From Candidatus Eiseniibacteriota bacterium (GTDB taxonomy: Bacteria > Eisenbacteria > RBG-16-71-46 > CAZAMP01), in contig OZ245046.1 of the NCBI GenBank assembly GCA_965224245.1, positions 2,880,001-2,944,000 on the forward strand: a stretch of 64,000 bases of DNA, read 5' to 3'. The position numbers and the translations under genes were made by a program. Under the pieces are notes generated by a model, which saw only the letters and a list, made by a program, of their open reading frames with translations, searched no databases and was not told the DNA's origin. Within the stretch, counting starts at the first letter, position 1, and the number at the start of each line of letters is the position of its first letter. Positions 27,169-40,412 of the stretch are shown piece by piece.

Positions 27169-29844
27169 TCACTCGACCAGGAGGACCTTCTCGACCCGGT
27201 GGAACGACGGCGCATCGAGGCGCACGAAGTAGGCGCCCGGCGCCACCCGCTCACCCCGCTGGTCACGACCGTCCCACGACAGGTTCAGATCGCCCGCGTC
27301 GGCCACCCCCTCGAACACGGTCCGCACCAGGCGGCTGGCCGGGTCGTACACGCGGACCCGAGACATCCCCGAACCGGGGAGCGTCAACGCGATCTGGACC
27401 TGCTTCGAGAACGGGTTCGGGCTCGGCACGAAGCGGCGCCCCGGGCGCGGCGCGCCGTCGTCGATGGCCAGGAGACCCAGCGGAATCGTCTCGCTCACCA
27501 TCGCGACCGGAGCCGAGCGTCCGCTGGCCACCCACGCGTCGTACAGATCCTGCCCCGCGTCGTTCGTCGTGTTCTCGTCCCGCAGGAACTCGATGTACTC
27601 GCGCGACGTCGACTGGTAGTACACCGTGACGACGGCGTTCGTGGCCGACGCTGGCATCGGATACAGCACCGTGTCCCAGTGCTGGCCGTCCGCATACGTA
27701 GTGCCGACCGGCGGCGACTGGATCGCCTCGAACGCCGCGTTCGTGAAGCCGCGCGGCGGAATGCGCGTGTCGAGCCAGATCGTGTCGTTCAGCACGAAGT
27801 GGAACGACGGCCCCGCCGGATGCCCGACGACGGGCGACAGCCCGACCGAGATCCCGGGCTCGATCTCGTAGATGCGGAGGTCCTCGTCGTGGGTGAGCGT
27901 TCCGGTCGCGTCGTCGTACGCCCCGGACTCGTAGACGACCTGCTCGAGCTCGTCCGTGGCCACCACGTGGACCCACGCGCGCCGGCCCTCGGGGTAGCCC
28001 GACGGCAGCTTGTGACCGGTCTGGTTGGTGACCGTGACCTCGAGCGCGCGCCCACCCTCGCCGGCCACCTCGGCCAGCGTCAGCGTGGCGGCCAGCTGGA
28101 GCATGGCGGTGGCGCGCGCCTTTCCGTCGGCGAGCTGGACCGGATCCACCTCACCGGGGAAGAACAACGGGAGGATGTCCGGCACGAACGTGTTGCCGCC
28201 GGTCAGGTCGTGCAGGCCGAGATCGGAGCGCGTGGGGGCGCCGGGCTGATTGCACCCCTCCCCGGTGACGTCCCGCATGTGGCAGTCCTGGCACGTGGAT
28301 ACCATCCCGTCCGGCCGGTCACCCGCGAACTCGGGCGCGTACACGCCCGTCGACGCGTACTCGCTGGCCGACCACTCGCTGAACGTGCGCTCCACCGGGA
28401 ACATGTTGGCCGGGTTGCCGTCGGGGTGCGGGGCATCGAACGCCCCGGGCACGTAGTCGCCGGGCGACCCCCCGCCGACGAAGGCCGGGTTGCTCACGTC
28501 GTGGCACGTGCCGCACATGTCCGAGCTGTTGAAGAACGGGGAGTCGATGAAGGCGTGACTGGCCACGGCGTCGGCGTACGGACCCCGGCGGATCGGCGCG
28601 GGATCGATCACGAACTGCCCGTTGGCGTAGTAGTCGGGGATCGCGGCCAGGTCCTCCAGCACGTCCTCGTCCTCGGCCGGGCTCACGCCCTCCTCGTAGT
28701 CCGGATCCACCATGCGGTGGCAGAAGTCGCACTGCACCGAATGGCGGTCCTTGGCGGTCGTCATCGATCCGCTCGTGTCGACGGACCGGCCCTCCAGCCA
28801 TCCCGTCGGCGTGTGACACCGGAGACACAGGTCGCCGGACGAAGGCGCGTCCTGCTCGGCGATCGCCAGCGCGGCCAGGAACAGGGGATCGCGCATTGCG
28901 TGTCCCATCATGCTGCCTTGCCAGTTGGACCAGGGCTCGACGGCGGTGTCGTAGTTGCCGTGGCAGGCGACGCAGGTGACCGAGGGATCGTCGAACGTCC
29001 CCGCCGTCAGCGGCTGGCTTCCCGGGAGGTCGAAGTCCCGGAGCGTGGTCGGGACCGTCCCCGCCGTCAGGGGCTGGATCGTGAAGACCCCGTTGCTGTC
29101 GTCGCTGCCCCGGTTCCCGGCGGCGTCCTGTGCGGTCACGCGGATGAGGTTGCTCCCGCCCGGGCGGTTGGGCACGAACCAGTCATACGGACCCACGGGA
29201 TCCACCCCGAGCGCAACCGGCCGGAACGTCGTGCCGCCGTCGTCGGAGAGGAAGAGGTCCACGAACGAGACCCCGCTGGCATCGGATGCCGTCCAGCTGA
29301 CCGACACCACCGTGTTGGCGGCGACCATCTCTCCCCCGTCCGGGGCGAGCACGGTCACCGTCGGCGGCGTCGTGTCGCTGCCCCCCGAGGGCGTCAGGTG
29401 ACCTTCGATCTCGGAGGTGTCCACGTGGTCCACGCTTCCGAGCGCGGCGGCCGTGAGCCCCGGAAACGTGGGCGTGTTGCCGAAATGCACCGTGTCGGTG
29501 ATCTCGACCTCGTTCGTGAAGCCGTCGCTGTCGGAGTCCAGATCCGCGAGCGAGAGGATCGCCTCGATGTCGTCCGCGTACACGCCGGAGTCCCGCGCGA
29601 CCTCCACCGCGAGCCCGTAGGGGTTGCGCGGACCGCCCCCGTCGAAGTCGTAATGACAAACACCACAATGATTTGCGTTGCTGATCAGATCATCGAGACG
29701 GCTCCCCTCCGCCGACGGGTAGGCGTCGATGAAGGCGCGCTTGATCGTGGGTCGCGCGTCGGCGACGTGGAACGACCCGACGACGAGAACGCCGCCGATC
29801 GCGATCGTGATCGCTCCGGCCGCTCGGTGTAAATGGGATGACAT
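27169..29844 (-). CDS. Secreted multiheme cytochrome c (6 CxxCH) with Ig-like domain and FlgD-Ig/T9SS-CTD-like tail
   Basis: CGVCH, CVACH, CLRCH, CDFCH, CGTCH, CQDCH; GHKLPSGYPEGRR; signal peptide; PNPFS...VYDPASRLVR...WDGRD...PGAY. Confidence 0.92.
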   Translation of the reverse strand: MSSHLHRAAGAITIAIGGVLVVGSFHVADARPTIKRAFIDAYPSAEGSRLDDLISNANHCGVCHYDFDGGGPRNPYGLAVEVARDSGVYADDIEAILSLADLDSDSDGFTNEVEITDTVHFGNTPTFPGLTAAALGSVDHVDTSEIEGHLTPSGGSDTTPPTVTVLAPDGGEMVAANTVVSVSWTASDASGVSFVDLFLSDDGGTTFRPVALGVDPVGPYDWFVPNRPGGSNLIRVTAQDAAGNRGSDDSNGVFTIQPLTAGTVPTTLRDFDLPGSQPLTAGTFDDPSVTCVACHGNYDTAVEPWSNWQGSMMGHAMRDPLFLAALAIAEQDAPSSGDLCLRCHTPTGWLEGRSVDTSGSMTTAKDRHSVQCDFCHRMVDPDYEEGVSPAEDEDVLEDLAAIPDYYANGQFVIDPAPIRRGPYADAVASHAFIDSPFFNSSDMCGTCHDVSNPAFVGGGSPGDYVPGAFDAPHPDGNPANMFPVERTFSEWSASEYASTGVYAPEFAGDRPDGMVSTCQDCHMRDVTGEGCNQPGAPTRSDLGLHDLTGGNTFVPDILPLFFPGEVDPVQLADGKARATAMLQLAATLTLAEVAGEGGRALEVTVTNQTGHKLPSGYPEGRRAWVHVVATDELEQVVYESGAYDDATGTLTHDEDLRIYEIEPGISVGLSPVVGHPAGPSFHFVLNDTIWLDTRIPPRGFTNAAFEAIQSPPVGTTYADGQHWDTVLYPMPASATNAVVTVYYQSTSREYIEFLRDENTTNDAGQDLYDAWVASGRSAPVAMVSETIPLGLLAIDDGAPRPGRRFVPSPNPFSKQVQIALTLPGSGMSRVRVYDPASRLVRTVFEGVADAGDLNLSWDGRDQRGERVAPGAYFVRLDAPSFHRVEKVLLVE

Positions 29845-30170
29845 GGGGGCACCGCCGTGGTCCGAGAGTGTGGTCGCGCGGCGCCGGCCGGACTGGAGCC
29901 ACCCCGCGTGCGGCTCCGCCACGCGGTCGGCGTCGTAAAACGAAAATCGACAGCATGCAACACCTGTGATGGTCCCTCACGGGAGCCCGCCGCAACATCC
30001 GCGATTCCCCTGATGGGGTTGCGAGGACTACGTACGCCAGCGGACGACTCGCTCGATCCGAAGTGGCCGCCGCCGCATCCCAGACGTCGTACGTCGGCCC
30101 GATTGGCCGTACGATGCTCGGCTCGACCCGATCTCCGAGTCCTCGTGAGGGAGCCGTCCCGGATGTGCGC

Positions 30171-31853
30171 ATGATCGTCTGGCTCGTCGTCTCGGCGCTC
30201 GTCACCGGCCCGTTCGTGATCTTCGGGCTCTACCGGGTCTGGCTCCTGGTCCGTCTGCTTCGGGCGTCCCGGACCAGCGCCACCGCGCCGGCTCCCGCCG
30301 ACGGAGCGCCGGCGCGCGGGGCGGACACCCTCCCGTCGAGCGGTGCGCCCGGACCGGTGGCTCCGTCGGTCACCGTCCAGCTCCCGATCTACGACGAGCG
30401 TCACGTGGTGCGCCGGCTCCTGAATGCGGTCGCCGCGCTCCGCTACCCCCGGGACCGGCTGGAGATCCAGATCGTCGACGACTCGACCGACGACACGTCG
30501 GCCATCGTTCGTGCCTGGCTGCGCGATCGCCCGGCGGACCTCCACGTCACCCACGTCCGCCGCCCCTCGCGGGCCGGCTACAAGGCCGGGGCACTGGCGC
30601 ACGCCGCCGAGCTCGCGACCGGCGAGCTGCTCGCCGTGTTCGACGCCGACTTCGTCCCGGGGCCGGACTTCCTGGAGCGCGTGGTCCCGCGCTTCGACGA
30701 CCCGCGGATCGGGATGGTGCAGTGCCGGTGGTCGTTCCTGAACGGCGAGGCGTCGGCGCTGACGCGCGCGCAGGCGGTCTCGATCAACGCCCACTTCGGG
30801 ATCGAGCACGTCGTGTACGCCGCCGATGGATCGTTCTTCAACTTCAACGGCACCGCCGGCATCTGGCGACGCGAGGCGATCCGGCTCTCGGGAGGCTGGT
30901 CGGCCGACACGCTCACCGAGGATCTCGACCTCAGCTATCGCGCCCAGCTCGCGGGCTGGCGCTTCCGCTACGCCGACGACGTCCGGGTGCCCTCCGAGGT
31001 GCCGCCGACCATCCGGGCCGTGAAGCTACAGCAGCTCCGCTGGAGCAAGGGGATGTCGCAGGTCGCCCGGAAGCTCCTCCCTCGCGTCCTCCGCGCACCT
31101 CTCCCGCTTCGCGTGAAGATCGACGCCACGTTCCATCTGCTGTCGAACGCGGGCTACGTGTTCGTGTGCGCGATGGCGGTCGTGCTCCATCCGGTGCTGT
31201 TCACGTACTCGTCGTACCTGCGCGCACAGCCCTGGTGGCCGTTCGTCTCGGCCGGCGTGCTGGTCACGAACGTGGCCGCGATCGGGGCGTTCCTGTGCGT
31301 GGGCGAGTACACGGCTCGCACACGGCTCGGGTCGAGCGTCCTCCGCACGATGGTCACGCTGCCCATCAGCGCCGGCATGGCGGTCACGGGGGCGATCGGC
31401 GCGGTGAGCGGCTGGATCGGCGGGTCCTCTCCGTTCGATCGGACCCCGAAGTATGCGCAGGTAGGCACGCGCCCGGTGACCCTCACCGACTACGACTCGG
31501 ACCGGCCACCCTCGGCGTGGGTCGAGCTCGCGCTGTTCGTGTATCACCTGGTGTGGCTCGACGTCGCGCTCGGGCACGGCCGATACGATCTCCTGCTCCT
31601 GAGCGCGGTGTTCCTCCCCGGCTTCGGGTACGTGGCGGGGCTCGAGTTTCTGCCCCTCGTCTCGCGCGCGCTCGTCAATCGGACAGCCGCTCGCAGAGCG
31701 ACGCGGCCGATCGATCGAAGAGCGCTCCGGCGCTCCGAAGCGATCGGCGGTACGCGAGCGCGACCAGGGCGGCCAGGCCCCACTCGACGACAACGGCCGC
31801 GATCGGACTCCACGCGCCGAGAAGCACGTGCAGTCCGATCGGTACCCCGATGA
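30171..31853 (+). CDS. Processive GT2 glycosyltransferase (cellulose-synthase-like, CslA/C-type)
   Basis: QLPIYDE, DDSTD, GYKAGAL, FDADF, FNGTAG, TEDLDLS, QQLRW; several TM helices. Confidence 0.9.
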   Translation: MIVWLVVSALVTGPFVIFGLYRVWLLVRLLRASRTSATAPAPADGAPARGADTLPSSGAPGPVAPSVTVQLPIYDERHVVRRLLNAVAALRYPRDRLEIQIVDDSTDDTSAIVRAWLRDRPADLHVTHVRRPSRAGYKAGALAHAAELATGELLAVFDADFVPGPDFLERVVPRFDDPRIGMVQCRWSFLNGEASALTRAQAVSINAHFGIEHVVYAADGSFFNFNGTAGIWRREAIRLSGGWSADTLTEDLDLSYRAQLAGWRFRYADDVRVPSEVPPTIRAVKLQQLRWSKGMSQVARKLLPRVLRAPLPLRVKIDATFHLLSNAGYVFVCAMAVVLHPVLFTYSSYLRAQPWWPFVSAGVLVTNVAAIGAFLCVGEYTARTRLGSSVLRTMVTLPISAGMAVTGAIGAVSGWIGGSSPFDRTPKYAQVGTRPVTLTDYDSDRPPSAWVELALFVYHLVWLDVALGHGRYDLLLLSAVFLPGFGYVAGLEFLPLVSRALVNRTAARRATRPIDRRALRRSEAIGGTRARPGRPGPTRRQRPRSDSTRREARAVRSVPR

Positions 31854-33240
31854 TGACCAGGAAGAGCATCGAGAGCGCGAAGCTGCTCGCGTAGCGCTCG
31901 CCGCCGAACGCGCCGAATCGCCGTGGAACCGGGTTGCGAATCGAGAACGCATTGGCGAGGGTCGCGGCGCTCATCAGCATGTAGGCGGCCGTGGCCACGA
32001 CACCGAGCGCCGGCACGGGTCCGGCCCCGATCGCGATCACCGCGATGCCGGGCAGCAACATGGCGCCGAGCTGGATGGCCACCGTGAGGTTCTTGGCCCG
32101 GAGGACGTCCTCGCCGGTGACGGGCAGGAGGAAATACCTCGCCACCCCGGCCCGATCGAAGCCGAACGCGTTGAACTGCGCCGGCGAGAGCACCAGGACC
32201 GCGTATCCGATCGCCAGCCAGACCGCCCACTCGGGCGCTCCCCGGATCGCGTAGTACGCCGCGGCGCCCCAGGCGGCCAGGAGCGACACGTACAAATCGT
32301 GATTGCGGAATGCGTACGCGATCTCCTTTCTGACGAGAGCGGCCGTCCGGGGCTGCACCAGCGGAAGCGGGAGCCGCATGCCTCGTCCCGGAGACGCGCG
32401 ACCGATCTCGGGCACGACCAGAGACCGGCGTAGCGACCAGCGCGCGAGCGCGGCACACGCGAGCGTGAGCGCGGCGAACGGAAGAACCCCGAGGATCACG
32501 TCACCGTCGATCGCGGCCCTCGCTGCCAGGGACGCCGGCGACCACCCCCGGAGCGACAGCAGGAGCCCCTCCCGGCCCGCCGCGTCGATGAGGAGGCGTT
32601 CGTGATCCCAGAGTCGAATCACGAACGTGTCCTCGTGATGGACGAGCTTGACGCTGACCACGGCCACATACAGCGCGACGGCGAGCACGGCGCCGAGCAC
32701 GCGACCGACCACGTTCGCCCGGCGGCTGGTCACCACGGCCCCCGCGGCCAGCTGGAGCGCGAGCCCGCCCAGCGCCGCCGACGACAGGAAGGCGAGCGCG
32801 CCGATCGCGCCCACGATCGGTCGGGGAGCCGACGCGATCGGAACGAGGGCCGTGACCGCCACCAAGGTGAGCGCCCAGTACACGGGATGGAAGAGCCGCG
32901 CCACGCCGAGGATCCCGAGGAGGCCACCGTGGGTGATCGGAAACCGTACGAAGCGGCTCGCGGTGACGCCCTCGCCGGCGACGCCGGCGGCCTGGCTGAA
33001 CATCGGCACGAGGAAGAGCCCCGCGGCCGCAACTCCGAGGACCATGGCCACGCCGGCCCTGGCGGGATCGAGGAGGTCGCGGCGGAGGAATCCGATCGCG
33101 ACGGCGTCCACCCCGGCCAGAACGAGGCACGTCATGACCCCCATCACGGCGACGAACACGAGATTGCCCGCTCTCGCCCGTCCCTTGCCCGTCAGCACGC
33201 GCCACTGTGCACGCCAGATGTAGGGCGCAAGCCGCCTCAC
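31675..33240 (-). CDS. ABC-2-type exporter membrane subunit (multi-TM)
   Basis: About 12-14 TM segments; GTG overlaps TGA of the upstream ABC ATPase; ALVRKEIAY, NAFGFDR...YFLLPV. Confidence 0.75.
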   Translation of the reverse strand: MRRLAPYIWRAQWRVLTGKGRARAGNLVFVAVMGVMTCLVLAGVDAVAIGFLRRDLLDPARAGVAMVLGVAAAGLFLVPMFSQAAGVAGEGVTASRFVRFPITHGGLLGILGVARLFHPVYWALTLVAVTALVPIASAPRPIVGAIGALAFLSSAALGGLALQLAAGAVVTSRRANVVGRVLGAVLAVALYVAVVSVKLVHHEDTFVIRLWDHERLLIDAAGREGLLLSLRGWSPASLAARAAIDGDVILGVLPFAALTLACAALARWSLRRSLVVPEIGRASPGRGMRLPLPLVQPRTAALVRKEIAYAFRNHDLYVSLLAAWGAAAYYAIRGAPEWAVWLAIGYAVLVLSPAQFNAFGFDRAGVARYFLLPVTGEDVLRAKNLTVAIQLGAMLLPGIAVIAIGAGPVPALGVVATAAYMLMSAATLANAFSIRNPVPRRFGAFGGERYASSFALSMLFLVIIGVPIGLHVLLGAWSPIAAVVVEWGLAALVALAYRRSLRSAGALFDRSAASLCERLSD

Positions 33241-33992
33241 CCGAGCCACGACAGCTCTCCCGACGTGGGCGCGGACCGACCGACGGCCGCCACGAAGGCG
33301 TCCTCCAGCGTGTGGCCCTCGGAGGCCAGCGCGTCGAGCGTCGTGTCGCGGACGACGCGGCCGGCGGAGATGATCGCGACGCGCGTGGCCAGGCGTTCGA
33401 CGATCTCCAGGATGTGCGACGTCAGGAAGATCGTCACCCCGCGCCGGTTCAGGTCCAGCAGCAGGTCGCGGATCCTCCGGCCCGCCACCGGATCGATCCC
33501 CTCGAAGGGCTCGTCCAGAAACAAGACGCGCGGGTTGTGGATCAGCGCCAGCGCGAGGGCCAGCTTCTTCTTCATGCCCGTCGACGCGTCCACGGCATGG
33601 GTGCCGCGATCGTCCCAGAGCTCGAGAAACCGGAGGAGATCCTCGGAGCGGAGCGCCGTCTCCGCGTCGTCGAGATCGGTCGCGCGACCCGCCAGCTCCA
33701 GGTGCTCGATCAGCGAGAGTCGCTCGAAGAGCGCGAGGTCGTCCGGCACGACACCGATGCAACGCTTCACGTCCACGAGCGACGATCCGATCGAGTGCCC
33801 GAGGATCTCGACGTCACCGGCCGTGGGCTCCAGGAGGCCGGTCATCATCCGGACGGTGGTGGTCTTGCCCGCGCCGTTCGGTCCGAGAAAGGCGAAGAAC
33901 GAGCCGGCCGGAACGTCCAGCGACACGTCGTCGACGGCGGTGGTCGCGCCGAAGCGGCGGGTCAGATTCGTGAGCCGGATGGCGATGTCCAA
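33237..33992 (-). CDS. ABC transporter ATP-binding protein
   Basis: GPNGAGKTT, STGMKKK signature variant, LFLDEPFEGID, TSH. Confidence 0.95.
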   Translation of the reverse strand: MDIAIRLTNLTRRFGATTAVDDVSLDVPAGSFFAFLGPNGAGKTTTVRMMTGLLEPTAGDVEILGHSIGSSLVDVKRCIGVVPDDLALFERLSLIEHLELAGRATDLDDAETALRSEDLLRFLELWDDRGTHAVDASTGMKKKLALALALIHNPRVLFLDEPFEGIDPVAGRRIRDLLLDLNRRGVTIFLTSHILEIVERLATRVAIISAGRVVRDTTLDALASEGHTLEDAFVAAVGRSAPTSGELSWLG

Positions 33993-34085
33993 CGAGTGCT
34001 CCCATCGGTGGGCGCGCGCGGTCCGGGGTAGGCCACGACGCGACGTGATCGTCGGGAGAGATCGCCCCTCCGGGCGACACGGCGG

Positions 34086-35912
34086 CTACGGGGCACGAAC
34101 GATCTTGATCGAGCGCCGGCCGAGGGGTGTCTCGAGTCGCACGACGTACAGTCCCGGAGGCGGCGCACCGCCGGGGCCGGCCGTCCCGCTCCATCGGACT
34201 CGATGGTGACCGGCGGCTCGATCGCCGCGATCGAGTGTGTGCACGCGGCGACCGCGCACGTCGAAGGCCGCCAGCTCGATCCGACCGGGGACGCCGAGCG
34301 TGTACACGATCTCGACCGGCCCCGGCGCGGGGCTGGCGGTGAGGGCACGCAGTGTCGGCAGCCGCGTCGTCGCGGCGTGCGCGTCCGTCGCGTCGGTGTC
34401 GGCGACGCCGATCGTGCCGTCCCCGGAGACGATCCGGAGCGCGATCGGCGGCCGGCCCGGGAAGTCGTTGCCCAGTCCCGATCGCGACATCGACGGCAAG
34501 CCGTCGGAGACCGTGCTCACGCTCGCGAGATAGTGATTGTCGTCGTTCGCGGTCAGACGCACCCAGTGGCGACCCTCGGGCAGGGCGACCTCGATCTGGA
34601 TCGTGACCCATCGCGACGCGAACCGGAAGAAAGTGTCTCCCGAGGCCAGCGGCGCCGTCTCGTCGGGATAGCTCGTCCCGTCGTCGGGCAGGAGCGTGGC
34701 CGTGAAGCCCTCGGCGCGATACGTCCACGTGACGCCGTCGAGCCGGACCTCGGCCACGTCCCAGCCCCCCGGGGGAACGTCGAACGGCTGGAACACGATC
34801 CACCGCTGGTTCTCGGGGGCGCCGCCGAGCTGCAGCCCGGGGTTCGTGACGTCGAGGCTCTGATCCAGAAGGTAGTCCGGGTCGGTACAGGGATCGGTCT
34901 CGCACTCGTCGGGAATGCCGTTCGCGTTGCAGTCGTCGCTGAATCCCGATTCGACGTCGTCGAGGTCACGGACACCGTTGCCGTTGCAGTCGGCGACGGG
35001 CTGGGGAACGTCCGCGTCCAGCACCAGCGCGCTCGGTGAGAAGCCGACCGGTGCGGTGTAGATCGTGCTCACGCCCGAGCCGTCGAGGGCGCCGCGCATC
35101 ACGACGTCGCGGAGATCGTCGCAGACCACGTAGGTGGACCCCGCGAGATCCAGCGCGATGTCGCCGAGTCCGTTGGATCCGCCATCGTCGGGCGAGAAGT
35201 CGGTCACCACCGTGAAGTCGGAGTCGTCGAGCCCGGCGCGGCACACGACGTCCTCGATCGTGTCGGCGCCGATCCAGTACACGTGGCCGGCGGCCACGTC
35301 CAGTGCGACGGCCCTGGCCGTGCTGACACCGGTGACGACCACGCGCGGGAGGAACGGTGGCCCGTCGAGGTTGACCCGGAGGATCCGATCGTTCGATGCG
35401 AAGTAGACCCACCCGTTGACGACATCGACCGTGGGTCGGCCGATCTTCGACAGGACCGGATCGTAGTCGGGATCCAGATAGACCGTCTCGGGGGTCCCGC
35501 CGCCGGCGGGCGCCCGCTGGATCATGCCGCCGGCCGTGCCGGTCGGGGGTGACGCCGCCCAGTACAGCATGCCGGCCGAGGGATCGAGAGCCAGTCCGCG
35601 CGGGTTCTTCAGTCCCGACACGAGCAGCTCCCGGGCGCTGCCGTCGAGGTTCGCCCGACGGACGAGCCCTGGCGTCGAGCCGTGAGTCCAGTAGACCTTT
35701 CCGGCGTCGGGATCCACCCCGACGCCCACCAGAAGCCAGTCCGATGCCGGAATCTCCTGGCCCGCGTCGAACAGCGGCGCGACCCCCGAGCCGTCGAGCG
35801 CCATGGTCTGCAGCGTGGGCTCCTCGAACTTGTACTCGGTGAACACGATCGCATCCTGGGCGAGGGCGTTCGAGCACGCGAGGACGCAGAGCGTGAGGGC
35901 GGCAAGGCGCAT
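34086..35912 (-). CDS. Secreted LDL-receptor YWTD-like beta-propeller protein with DCNxNG Ca-binding repeats and CTD-like tail
   Basis: GKVYWT..VRRANLDGS, NPRGLALD..MLYW, GHVYW; DCNGNGVRD / DCNANGIPDEC; tail FDVRGRRV...W...PGLY. Confidence 0.8.
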   Translation of the reverse strand: MRLAALTLCVLACSNALAQDAIVFTEYKFEEPTLQTMALDGSGVAPLFDAGQEIPASDWLLVGVGVDPDAGKVYWTHGSTPGLVRRANLDGSARELLVSGLKNPRGLALDPSAGMLYWAASPPTGTAGGMIQRAPAGGGTPETVYLDPDYDPVLSKIGRPTVDVVNGWVYFASNDRILRVNLDGPPFLPRVVVTGVSTARAVALDVAAGHVYWIGADTIEDVVCRAGLDDSDFTVVTDFSPDDGGSNGLGDIALDLAGSTYVVCDDLRDVVMRGALDGSGVSTIYTAPVGFSPSALVLDADVPQPVADCNGNGVRDLDDVESGFSDDCNANGIPDECETDPCTDPDYLLDQSLDVTNPGLQLGGAPENQRWIVFQPFDVPPGGWDVAEVRLDGVTWTYRAEGFTATLLPDDGTSYPDETAPLASGDTFFRFASRWVTIQIEVALPEGRHWVRLTANDDNHYLASVSTVSDGLPSMSRSGLGNDFPGRPPIALRIVSGDGTIGVADTDATDAHAATTRLPTLRALTASPAPGPVEIVYTLGVPGRIELAAFDVRGRRVHTLDRGDRAAGHHRVRWSGTAGPGGAPPPGLYVVRLETPLGRRSIKIVRAP

Positions 35913-36131
35913 CGTGAGATCTCCCGGTCGTGACGTCGCCGATCGGGGCGGAGCAGCCGGCACCGCTCACGACAGTAGCACAGGACTTGATGTTCGTCCG
36001 CGCCGCGTGCTCGAATGATCGCTCGTGACGGGGCGCGACGGTTGCGATCCCCGACCTCGCGGCGCCCCGCGACGGGTCGCCGCGATCGGGTCGGAGAGCC
36101 GTGATCGGCGTGACACACCGAGGAGGTCCCC

Positions 36132-36779
36132 TTGGAGCTCGACCCGCGGCGGCTCACCGTCGCCGAGCGGTACAAGCTTCTGATCGGTGCGATCGTGCCG
36201 CGCCCGATCGCGTTGGTATCGACGCGCTCGGCGACCGGCGTCGACAACCTCGCGCCGTTCTCGTTCTTCAACGGCGTCGGCTCCGATCCGATGTGCCTCG
36301 TCGTCTGCCCCGGCGGAAACGCGGAAGGCTCGGACAAGGACACGCTTCGCAACCTGCTTCCGCCCGAGGAGCACGGCACCGGCGTGTTCGTGGTGAACGC
36401 GGCCGTGGAAGGCTACGCCCGACAGGTCGCCGCCGCCGGCGAGCCCTTGCCCGAGAGCGAGAGCGAGTTCGAGCTCGTCGGTCTCACGCCGGCGGCGTCG
36501 GTTCGGGTGTCCGCGCCGCGCGTGGCCGAGGCGCCCGTGTCCTTCGAGTGCGAGACGCGACACGTGTATCGCACGTCGCCCGGTCGCCCCGGCGGCGGAA
36601 CGGTCGTGGTCGGAGAGGTCGTGTACGTTCACGTGGACGACACCCTCGTGGACGAGCGGCTTCGACTCGACCCCCAGCGTCTGATGGCCATCGGTCGCAT
36701 GGGGGGACGGGGATACTGTCGCGCCCGCGTCGACTTCCAGCTCTCGCCGGATCGGCGCGCGCTGTCCGAGGAGCTCTGA
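36132..36779 (+). CDS. Flavin reductase family protein (DIM6/NTAB)
   Basis: YKLLIGAIVPRPIALVST, NLAPFSFFN, KDTLRN, SFEC, IGRMGG. Confidence 0.9.
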   Translation: MELDPRRLTVAERYKLLIGAIVPRPIALVSTRSATGVDNLAPFSFFNGVGSDPMCLVVCPGGNAEGSDKDTLRNLLPPEEHGTGVFVVNAAVEGYARQVAAAGEPLPESESEFELVGLTPAASVRVSAPRVAEAPVSFECETRHVYRTSPGRPGGGTVVVGEVVYVHVDDTLVDERLRLDPQRLMAIGRMGGRGYCRARVDFQLSPDRRALSEEL

Positions 36780-36837
36780 GCGAGGTCGCGTCGCGGGACG
36801 GCGCGACCGCGCGACGTGTGGGACGCTCACGACTGGA

Positions 36838-40365
<3,528 letters not shown>

Positions 40366-40412
40366 CGCGGCGCGCGCGGCCCGAGGGCCGTCCCGCCGTC
40401 CCGCCACGGCGG

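Noticed and set aside
29965-29981. TGTGA...TCACG CRP/FNR-like site upstream of the cytochrome
   Set aside because: Spacer is 7 nt rather than 6; too weak to call
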